Part shown: one piece after another, positions 39,379-47,002 of the stretch
How positions within the stretch are numbered: the first letter of the stretch is position 1
Layout: the number at the start of each line of letters is the position of its first letter
Source of the DNA: Dehalococcoidia bacterium
GTDB lineage: Bacteria > Chloroflexota > Dehalococcoidia > UBA2979
NCBI GenBank assembly: GCA_965262725.1
Contig: OZ253555.1
Span: 3,610,404-3,674,403 of the forward strand
DNA length: 64,000 nucleotides
Direction of reading: 5' to 3'
Position numbers and translations under genes: made by a program
The notes under the pieces: model-generated
Told to the model about the DNA's origin: nothing
Databases searched by the model: none
What the model saw: the letters and a program-made list of their open reading frames with translations, nothing else

Positions 39379-41013
39379 TCAGCGTGCCGTCGACACCGCA
39401 GCGGTGACGGCGGTTGTGGTGGTGTGCGACGCGTTCTCGGCAGACCGCGGAGCGCGGGAGCGCCCGCCCGGCGACGTGCCGGGCCATCGGGAATCACCCG
39501 AGAGCAGCGCATCGTAGCCATCGAGGAGCGGGGCAGGTCGGTCGTAGCGCTCCAGGTGCGGTCTCTCGACGGCGGCGTCTGGTGGCCTGCGGTCGGCGAG
39601 ACGGCGCGCCTCGATGGCGACCAGTTCGGGGTTCACCGACTGGATCCTGTTGACCGTCCCGAGCGCGGCGTGCACCGCCGTGAAGGGAAGATGGCGATGC
39701 AGGAGCAGGACCTCGATGTACGCCTGCGTGCCCGCGCGGTCGCCGAGCTTGCGGCGGGCGCGGTCCCAGAAGCGCTGATGCTCGGCTGTGACGTGTCCCT
39801 TCGCACGCGCCTGCTGGAGCGCCACCGAGCCCGGGACCGCCCCGGGCTTGCGCGCGAGCACCTCCAGATAGTGGTCGAGCAGCAGGACCTCTGCTCCGGT
39901 GCGGGCGCTGCGCTCGTGGTGGGCGACTTCACGCCCCTCGGCCCACACGGTCAGGCTGTTCCCGGACAGCCGCACGTCCAGCTTCCGGCCTGCATAGGCC
40001 GCCGGGACCGAGTAGCGGGAGCTACGCACGGCGATGCGCGCCTTGCGGTCGACCTTCGCGCGCAGCGGGATTGACGGGTCGAAGCGCTCCGCCGGAAGCG
40101 GACGCAGCGAGGCCTTCTCGTTCTCTCCCATCTCGCCGACGGTGGCGAGGCGGCTCTCGATGTGCCGGGCGTCGTCGGTGCGGTCCGCCTCCCGCACTCG
40201 TTCGTTCAGCTCGCCGAGGGTCGCCACCTTCGGGACCGGCACGAAGTGCCGCCGGCGGAAGCGGCCGACCTCGCCCTCCACACCGCCCTTCTCGTGCGCG
40301 CCCTCGATGCCGGGCTCACAGAAGAAGCTGTCGAAGCCGTAATGCGAGCGGAGCGCGATGAAGCGCTCGGTCTGCAGGCGCTCGCGTCCCTGCAGCACGG
40401 TGGTGACGGCCGCCGTCAGATTGTCGTAGCGGATGCGCCGCGGCACTCCGCCGAGCCGCTCGAAGGCGACCACGTGCCCCTCGAGCAGAGACTCCTGGCC
40501 CTCGCCGACGAAGCAGACGTGCGCCGCCCGCCCCGAATGCGAGAGCCGCATCACGAACATCGCCAGCCGGGTCTCGACGCCCTCCAGCCACACCGTCACC
40601 GTGCCGAAGTCGACCTCCGCCTCCTCGCCGGGAGGATGGACCTGCGGGATCGTCACAACCGCGCGCCCGCCCTGGATCTCGCGACGCAGGCGCGCGACGC
40701 AGGCGCGGACCGTGGGCTCGGCCACCGTCGCCCCGTGTTCGTCGACGAGGCGCTCCCAGATGCGCCGGGCCGTGTGCCGCTGCTTGCGCGGCGCGCTGAG
40801 GTCGTCCACGAGCCAGCCCCGGATGACCGAGACGTACGGCCCGAGCTTCGGGGCCACGCGGGTCGCCTGCTTGCGTTCCGGGGGTATCGCCGACCCAAGA
40901 GCCTGCCGCACCGTGCGCCGGTGCACGCCATGCCGGCGTCCCAGCTCATGGATCGACAGCTCCTCCTCCCTCGCCATCCGTCGGATAGACTCGAACAGCT
41001 CCACTCTCGACAC
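39379..41013 (-). CDS. istA: IS21 transposase IstA
   Basis: MSRVELFESIRR, PRKQRHTARRI, EVDFG, RYDN and HEKGGVEGEVG. Confidence 0.95.
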   Translation of the reverse strand: MSRVELFESIRRMAREEELSIHELGRRHGVHRRTVRQALGSAIPPERKQATRVAPKLGPYVSVIRGWLVDDLSAPRKQRHTARRIWERLVDEHGATVAEPTVRACVARLRREIQGGRAVVTIPQVHPPGEEAEVDFGTVTVWLEGVETRLAMFVMRLSHSGRAAHVCFVGEGQESLLEGHVVAFERLGGVPRRIRYDNLTAAVTTVLQGRERLQTERFIALRSHYGFDSFFCEPGIEGAHEKGGVEGEVGRFRRRHFVPVPKVATLGELNERVREADRTDDARHIESRLATVGEMGENEKASLRPLPAERFDPSIPLRAKVDRKARIAVRSSRYSVPAAYAGRKLDVRLSGNSLTVWAEGREVAHHERSARTGAEVLLLDHYLEVLARKPGAVPGSVALQQARAKGHVTAEHQRFWDRARRKLGDRAGTQAYIEVLLLHRHLPFTAVHAALGTVNRIQSVNPELVAIEARRLADRRPPDAAVERPHLERYDRPAPLLDGYDALLSGDSRWPGTSPGGRSRAPRSAENASHTTTTAVTAAVSTAR

Positions 41014-41139
41014 ACTCCTCTTCCCTCGCTCCGGGAGTCATGCAGTCACCCGAGCGTAGGTCCTGGATGGGTCGGGGGTGGGGCCAATTCAAAGGATCAA
41101 AACGGCTCCAGGTGGGGCCAATTCAGAGCATCATTCCCA

Positions 41140-41544
41140 AATGTAGTGTCCGAACTGATGAGAGAGCGTCCTAGCCCCGAGGTCCTGGGATGGATGGACA
41201 ATCAACTCACGGACAACTTGTTCGTGACCTCCATCACCGAAGCGGAGATTCGAACCGGCATCGCCATCTTGCCCGAGGGGGAGAGACAGCGTGGACTGGC
41301 TACCGCTGCCGAGCGGCTCTTCGGCGTGTTCTTTGCTGAACGTATCTCGCCATTTGACAGTGATGCTGCCCAGGCCTACGCAATGCTGGCTGCTGAGCGC
41401 AGGACTGCCGGACGACCCATCAGCCAGTCCGATTGCCAGATCGCCGCCATCGCACACTCACGAGGAGCACCAGTCGTCACACGAGACGTGGACGACTTCG
41501 AAGGGTGTGGGCTTGATGTTATCGACCCCTGGGCGGATGCATGA
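41140..41544 (+). pseudogene. PIN-domain (VapC) toxin lacking its N-terminus
   Basis: NVVSELMR...ITEAEIRTG...DCQIAAIA...VTRDVDDF...IDPW. The first residues including the conserved Asp are replaced by the IS end. Confidence 0.85.
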
Positions 41545-41578
41545 GCGCTGCGGTGAGGTCAGCTCCCTCGGCTCAAGA

Positions 41579-41633
41579 TGTCAACAGCGTTCGGATAGTG
41601 ATCCAGATCAGCGGCCGGATGGTGATCCACTCC
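41579..41633 (+). mobile_element. Orphan IS21-like terminal repeat
   Basis: TGTCAACAGCGTTCGGATAGTGATCCA...CAGCGGCCGGATGGTGATCCAC: a TGT start plus a tandem subterminal repeat. Confidence 0.45.
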
Positions 41634-41814
41634 GGCGCCACGATCCCGCCTGACGTTCCTGGTGCCGCGTCCGGTAGGACCGGCCGCGCGTGGTCAGGAT
41701 GTGAGCATGGTGGCCGAGGCGGTCGAGGAGCGTGTTGTTGGCATTCGGCTCGGTCCGGCGTGGCATACGTACACTCAGGCAGTTAGCTTGCGGCCAACCC
41801 TGTTTCTCTCTCCT

Positions 41815-42210
41815 CTATGGGATTGATGGATTGCTGGATACGGCCGCGAACGCTTGGTCAAAGGTCTTGATCTCTCGGACTCCACGCTTTCGACAACTGG
41901 CTAGGTGGCAGAGGTCCCGGGCTTGTAACGCGGGATATTGCTCATGGAGTTGACGGGCCAGAGCCACGTCCGCCTCCTCCAGCGGCCACACGTCAACTCC
42001 GGCACTTGTTATCAAACCTAGCGTGGCATCAAGGGTTTGCAGCCTTCCGATGGGCAAGTACGCATGGGCCAGTTCCTGCATGACCTCTGCTGAAGTGCAC
42101 AGCGGTGCGCCACTTCGGTTAGCCCCGACGAAGAATTCCTGGGCGTTCGCTCGGAGAGCGTGGGGGCGTCCTACGGCGTACATGAAGACGTTGGTGTCAA
42201 CGAAAATCAC
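41815..42210 (-). CDS. vapC: VapC PIN-domain toxin
   Basis: MIFVDTNVFMYAVG, SAEVMQE, ARDLCHLA and TFD. Confidence 0.92.
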   Translation of the reverse strand: MIFVDTNVFMYAVGRPHALRANAQEFFVGANRSGAPLCTSAEVMQELAHAYLPIGRLQTLDATLGLITSAGVDVWPLEEADVALARQLHEQYPALQARDLCHLASCRKRGVREIKTFDQAFAAVSSNPSIP

Positions 42211-42482
42211 GTACTGGCAACTCCTCGGCCGCGCGAATCGCTCATCACGCGCACGTGTTCATCCCAGTCCGGCTCCGTCTCCGGGCCTTCCAGCGCCGCG
42301 CATGATCTGAAGAACTCCTCAACGTCCTCCGGTGACTGGAATAGCGTGACGCTCTGGCGCTTTGCGAGGCGCTCGCGCGCAGCTGCGCGCAGCCAGGCGC
42401 TGAGGGACATGCCCTCCTGTCGTGCCTGGTGAACGAAGCGGTCTCGGTCATCGTCTGCCATGACCAACTGCACTCTGGCCAC
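42207..42482 (-). CDS. Antitoxin (ribbon-helix-helix-like) paired with VapC
   Basis: ARVQLVM...ARQEGMSLSAWLRAAA; GTGA overlap with the toxin. Confidence 0.85.
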   Translation of the reverse strand: MARVQLVMADDDRDRFVHQARQEGMSLSAWLRAAARERLAKRQSVTLFQSPEDVEEFFRSCAALEGPETEPDWDEHVRVMSDSRGRGVAST

Positions 42483-42509
42483 ATCGACCTCCAGCCGGGC
42501 CTAGCAAAG

Positions 42510-42528
42510 TGTGTAATACCGTTACACA
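42510..42528. promoter_or_regulatory. Palindromic operator candidate for the minus-strand vapBC
   Basis: TGTGTAA-N5-TTACACA just upstream of the antitoxin start. Confidence 0.55.
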
Positions 42529-42878
42529 TGCCCTTGTCCGCCGCAACTCATGCACTCGAGGCGCTGACGAGCGTGTCCGATGCTGAACCACGGGAACCTG
42601 CGATTGCCGACGCACCGTCGGCCCGGCAGTCCGCGTGAGCCCGCGGACCGCCCGGGCGACGTGGGTGTAGGAGCCGCTGTCGGCGCGGCCCGTGAGCTGT
42701 ACCTGCAAGTCGATACGACCCGCTCGTGGGGCTCTCCGTGCTGATTGCCGTGGCGGTGGGCTTGGGGGCTGCTGTCATTCTGTTCTCAAGGCCATATCCG
42801 CAGGGCGTGCCTCTACGTGGCAACCAAGTTGGGTGATCTGCCCTCTGACATTGTGGCCGGTGGACCAGATCCGTGCGT

Positions 42879-42905
42879 GGTAGAGTTACATACGAGGCGT
42901 CTACC
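42879..42905. promoter_or_regulatory. Inverted-repeat operator candidate for the plus-strand vapBC
   Basis: GGTAGA-N15-TCTACC immediately before RBS AGGAGG. Confidence 0.5.
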
Positions 42906-42921
42906 CATATAGGAGGTCGCT

Positions 42922-43179
42922 GTGAGCATCAACATCAAGAACAAGGAGACGTGTCAGCTCGCGAGTGAGTTGGCGCAACTGACCGGGGAGACCATGACCG
43001 GAGCGATCACGGTGGCCCTCAGGCAGCGCTTGGAGCGCGAGAAGAGCGAGCGCAGCGCCGAGGCCCGCGTTCAGCGACTTCTCACCATCGGAAAACGCTG
43101 CGCCAGCATGTTGGGCGACGGTCCATCCGCCGTCGAGCACGGTGATCTCCTGTACGACGAACGGGGGCTGCCGAAGTGA
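42922..43179 (+). CDS. vapB: VapB antitoxin (Rv0623-like)
   Basis: MSINIKN...LAQLTGETMTGAI..AL...LLYDERGLPK. Confidence 0.93.
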   Translation: MSINIKNKETCQLASELAQLTGETMTGAITVALRQRLEREKSERSAEARVQRLLTIGKRCASMLGDGPSAVEHGDLLYDERGLPK

Positions 43180-43562
43180 TTGTCGACACGTCGGCGGTCC
43201 TCGCGATCCTCTTCCACGAGCCGGATGCGGAGCGCTTTGCATTGGCCATCACGACGGCGTCCTCCCGCCGCATGTCGGTCGCCACTCTTGTGGAAGCGGC
43301 CATCGTCCTTGAGAGCCGCAGTGGCGCCGCAGCCGGTTACGAGCTTGATGCCTTTCTGGAAGAGGCGGAGATTGAACTGGAGCCGGTCACGGCCCACCAG
43401 GCGCAGGCGGCGCGCAGGGCGTGGCGAAGGTTCGGCAAGGGCAACCACACGGCGGGACTGAACTTCGGTGACTGCTTCGCCTATGCGCTTGCCGAAGCGA
43501 CCAGGGAGCCGCTTCTGTTCCAGGGCCACGACTTCGAACTCACCGATATCGAGGTTGCCTGA
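43176..43562 (+). CDS. vapC: VapC PIN-domain toxin
   Basis: MIVDTSAVLAIL..EP, FGKGNH..GLNFGDCFAYALA and PLLF.G.DF..TDI. Confidence 0.95.
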   Translation: MIVDTSAVLAILFHEPDAERFALAITTASSRRMSVATLVEAAIVLESRSGAAAGYELDAFLEEAEIELEPVTAHQAQAARRAWRRFGKGNHTAGLNFGDCFAYALAEATREPLLFQGHDFELTDIEVA

Positions 43563-43659
43563 CTCCGAACACAACCCTCCGGCAGTCGTGGCCTGCGCAC
43601 ACTGAGGAGACGACTGTAAGGCGGTGGACCAGCGGGCAGCACGCGTGTCCCCGGCCGAC

Positions 43660-43790
43660 GCCGACCTCGTAGCGGTCGTCGAGGGCTCCGGCGATGAAGT
43701 CGATCGCAAGTTGGACGTCCACGCCCTTCTGCGCGGCCCTGCTCGCCGGCCAGTCCATCGGGTAGCGCACCGCGTGCGGGATCACGACGG
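43660..43790 (-). pseudogene. NYN (LabA/DUF88) nuclease fragment
   Basis: VRYP...QKGVDVQLAIDFIAGALDDRYEVGV resembles the NYN KGVDV motif; no intact flanks. Confidence 0.6.
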
Positions 43791-44011
43791 TCCCGTCGCG
43801 CCCCCACGCCTGGCACTGAAGCGGTCTGCGGGCGGATTGGAATTCCGATCGTTTCGAGACACACAAGCCGTTCCGACTCGGCCATCATCGCTGCCATCGT
43901 CGCAGGGATGTCGCTACTGCTCGGACAAGTGACAGGCTACGCTGCGGGGACACGCTGCTCTCCGGGTCGCGGGCTGCGGCGGGGCAACACGTTGCCGGCC
44001 GCCATCGGGAG

Positions 44012-44040
44012 TTGACGCGCGTCAAGTCAGGACTTAACGT
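44012..44040 (+). promoter_or_regulatory. Promoter with overlapping palindromic operator for the TAC operon
   Basis: TTGACG-17nt-TAACGT. Palindromes TTGACGCGCGTCAA (44012-44025) and GTCAAGTC-AG-GACTTAAC (44021-44038). Confidence 0.65.
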
Positions 44041-44438
44041 TGCCCCTGAGGCAAATCCACGCCGGACCAGCTTATGCGGTACTCGCGTACGAGTCGAGCA
44101 ACGGCAAGTGCCAGGTTGCGGAGTATCTGGACCAGCTTGAGCCTCGAGACCGGAAGCGCATCGCCGCTCTCCTGCTGCGGGCGGCGGAGAGCGGACCGCC
44201 CCGGAACACCGAGAAGTCCGCTGCGATCGAGGACTTCTTCGAGTTCAAGTCGCACCAGGTGAGGATCTTCTGGTGCTACGCGGCGGGAAAGCGGATCGTG
44301 CTGTTTCATGGATTCACCAAGAAGAGCCGCAAGACGCCGACGAACGAGCTGGAGACCGGCAGGCGGCTTTATCAGGAGGTAAGGGACGACATCGCAGCTG
44401 AGGGGGTTGGCGGTGACCAGACTGCAGGACTGGATTAG
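44040..44438 (+). CDS. RelE/ParE-superfamily (Gp49-like/HigB-like) toxin
   Basis: GKCQVAEYLDQL...FFEFKSHQVRIFW...IVLFHGFTKKSRKTP.NELE. Confidence 0.9.
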   Translation: MPLRQIHAGPAYAVLAYESSNGKCQVAEYLDQLEPRDRKRIAALLLRAAESGPPRNTEKSAAIEDFFEFKSHQVRIFWCYAAGKRIVLFHGFTKKSRKTPTNELETGRRLYQEVRDDIAAEGVGGDQTAGLD

Positions 44439-44784
44439 CGAGTTCCAGGGCGATCCCGACTACGAGTTCGACAGGATCGCCATCGAGATCGGCGAGCAGG
44501 TCGTGGCACGCATGGAAGAGCAGGGCATGACGCAGGCCGACCTTGCGCGCGCGATCGGCGTGAGCCGGGCGCGCATCAACCAGATCCTGCGCGGCAACGA
44601 CAACCTGACGCTCAAGAGCATCGTCGCCGTCGCCATCGGCCTCGACTGCCGTGTCGACTTGCGGCTTCAGCAGGCCAAGTCCGGCCGGCAGCTCTCGCGC
44701 CGTGACTGCCGCCGGGTGGATGCCGGCAGGACCGGAGGGATCGGCGAGGTCGTCCTGACATCGGCGCTGGCCGCCGCCGCCTAG
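44407..44784 (+). CDS. XRE-family HTH antitoxin (HigA-like) with C-terminal extension
   Basis: GMTQADLARAIGVSRARINQILRG..NLTLKSI, followed by a roughly 38-aa tail ending SALAAAA. Confidence 0.88.
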   Translation: MAVTRLQDWISEFQGDPDYEFDRIAIEIGEQVVARMEEQGMTQADLARAIGVSRARINQILRGNDNLTLKSIVAVAIGLDCRVDLRLQQAKSGRQLSRRDCRRVDAGRTGGIGEVVLTSALAAAA

Positions 44785-44791
44785 CGCCTAG

Positions 44792-45208
44792 ATGGCACGC
44801 AAGCTTCGCCTTCGTCAGGTAGGCCAGGCGGCGCTCGACCTCCAGCGCTTCTGGATCGAACGGCTCGAGTACGAGGAAGAGGACGAGGTTCCGGACGAGC
44901 CACCGGCCACGACCGTCCGCGTCTCACGCCCGGAGATCCTCGACGCGGGCGACGGCAAGTACCTCGTCACGCTGCGGCTGAAGATCGAGCAGGGTGAGAC
45001 GCGCTCTCTGGACCTCACGGTCGCCGGGGCGTTCCTGCTCCCGCCGGACGCCGAGGGGCAGCCCCCCTCTCTGAGGATGCTCGTGTACAACGGCTCGGCC
45101 ATCCTGTTCAGCGCGGCGCGGGGCATCATCGAGTCCGTCACGGGGGTCAGCGGCCTGGGGCGAATGCACGTGCCCTCGGTCAATATCGCGGAGGTCCTCG
45201 AACGCTAG
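44792..45208 (+). CDS. SecB-like chaperone
   Basis: YLVTLRLKI...LDLTVAGAF...NGSAILFSAARGIIESVT...G...HVPSVNI matches the SecB C-terminal N.PAILFPY.R...T...G.PP..LP.VNF pattern. Confidence 0.85.
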   Translation: MARKLRLRQVGQAALDLQRFWIERLEYEEEDEVPDEPPATTVRVSRPEILDAGDGKYLVTLRLKIEQGETRSLDLTVAGAFLLPPDAEGQPPSLRMLVYNGSAILFSAARGIIESVTGVSGLGRMHVPSVNIAEVLER

Positions 45209-45339
45209 TGCCGGACCCTCGCGCGCGCGAGGTCGGTCCCGCGCTCCTCTCCGTGGAACTGTTACTGAAGCCTGCTCGCCCAGGGGGCCTTGCCGGACGG
45301 CATCCTTGACGGCTACCCCGGCCTCGATCCAGAGGATTC

Positions 45340-45480
45340 TCGGTGTCGTTGAGCAGCGCGCTCCCCCGTTCCTCCAGTTCCACAATCAGATCAAGGATCG
45401 CCGCCACGTCGCGCTTGTCCCCCGATCGCCCAAGTCGTTCTACATACACGGCAACGGGTTCGTCCCCTCTCGCGGAGTGA
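45340..45480 (-). pseudogene. N-terminal remnant of a second Gp49/RelE-like toxin
   Basis: HSARGDEPVAVYVERL...VAAILDLIVELEERG resembles the Gp49-like N-terminus. Confidence 0.45.
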
Positions 45481-45619
45481 CCGTCGCGCGGCCCGTCCTC
45501 AGGCGGATTGAGGCCTGGGGCGCGACGGCTCACTGGCGGCCACGGTTCGCCAGGCCGCTCCCAGCGGCCCCTCGCGCTCCAGCGCCGCGCGGTGGGAGAC
45601 GAACAGCGGCAGGTCAACG

Positions 45620-46551
45620 CGGGCGCGGTGGCTCTCGAACTGGCGGGAGATGGGGATCATCGTCCGGGACGAGCACCCCTCGTTCTATCTCCACGAGCAT
45701 CGGTTCATGGCCGACGGTCGGGTCCGGACGCGCCGCGCCATCTTCGGCGCGGTTGAACTTTCGGACTGGGGCGAGGCGGGCGTGATGGGCCACGAGCGCA
45801 CCATGCCGGGCCCGCGCGCGACGCGAACGGCCCTGCGCTCGCTCGTCGGGGCCGACGTCTCGCCGTTGCTGGCCTTCGTGCCCGACCGCGATCGGGACGT
45901 GGCCACACTCATCGCCGACGCCGGCCGCCGGCCACCCACGAACGTGGGTGTCGACCCGGGCGGGGACGAGCACACCCTGCGCGTGATCGACGATCCAGTC
46001 GAGGTTGCCGCGATGGAGTCGGCGTTTCTGTCTCAGTGCGTCCACATGGGCGATGGTCATCACCGCTACGAGTCCGCGCTGGCCTCGAGAGACGACCGGG
46101 CCGGTTCACGCAGCGTCCTGATGGGGATCGTCTGCGCCGACGACCCGGCCCTGGCCGTCGGGGCGACGCATCGTTTGGTGCACGTGCCGGCTCCGCCACG
46201 GCTGAGAGAGCGACTCGCGGCCTCATTCGTTGTCCGCGAGATCGCGCTCGGCGCGCTGCAGGCCTCCCTCCCGGACGGTAGCGCGACGTTCGCACTCGTT
46301 ACGGCGGACGGCGCGTACACGCTCGAACCGACGGAAGGCGCTCGGGCGGTAACGCCGTGACCTACACGCACGACCCGCAGGAAGCGCTGGATGCCGTGCA
46401 GCGCGGCTCGGCGGCGGCAGCCTTCATCCTCCCCGCGCCGACGTTGCAGGACGTGATCGACACCGCCGATGCCGGCGGCTTCATGCCGCAGAAGTCCACG
46501 TACTTCGTCCCGAGACTGCCCACGGGCGTCGTGCTGCACCCGTTTGAGTGA
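45620..46551 (+). pseudogene. DUF1015 family protein, N-terminally truncated and frameshifted
   Basis: HERT, DGHHRYESAL and ATHRL in one frame; MPQKSTYFVPRLPTG in another frame after 46357. Confidence 0.85.
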
Positions 46552-47002
46552 GCTTGCGACCGTCCCCGCACCGAGTGCCCCGAGGAGCTGCAACGTGATG
46601 ACCCGCTTCATCGACCCGGCCGACCCCGACCGCACGCGGACGTACGCCCGTCCGTCGATCCAGCGCGCGGCGCGCGGGCGCCCGCGAGTAGCGATGGGCG
46701 GGCGCCCAGGGCCGATCTGGAGGGTACCGCTTGCCGTCGGAGCAGCTCTCACGGCAGTGGCTCGTCCGGGTTGAGGACGTCACGGACTGCCATGAGTAGC
46801 GTGCCCACCCGCCTCGAGAGCGAGTTGGGCATCCGGCGAGCCCCGAGCCCCAGACAGGCAGGCTGAGGGTTCTCCCGGAGGTCCGGACCGATTCCGAGCC
46901 TCCCCGTCGCGTTGCTCCTCAACCTGGGACCGCAGCGGGAAGGTAGGGTGGGCGCGGCATGCAGCCTTGGCAGCAACGCTCACGCTGACCGGGGGGTGAC
47001 CC

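Larger units (their letters stand above)
38513..41139 (-). mobile_element. IS21-family element, no target duplication
   Basis: IRs TGGGAATGATGCT...TGGCCCCAC at both ends with an internal second TGGCCCCAC repeat; istA-istB inside. Confidence 0.92.

Noticed and set aside
41140-45480. Integron cassette array
   Set aside because: No integron integrase, mixed gene orientations, and no convincing repeated attC-like sites by eye.
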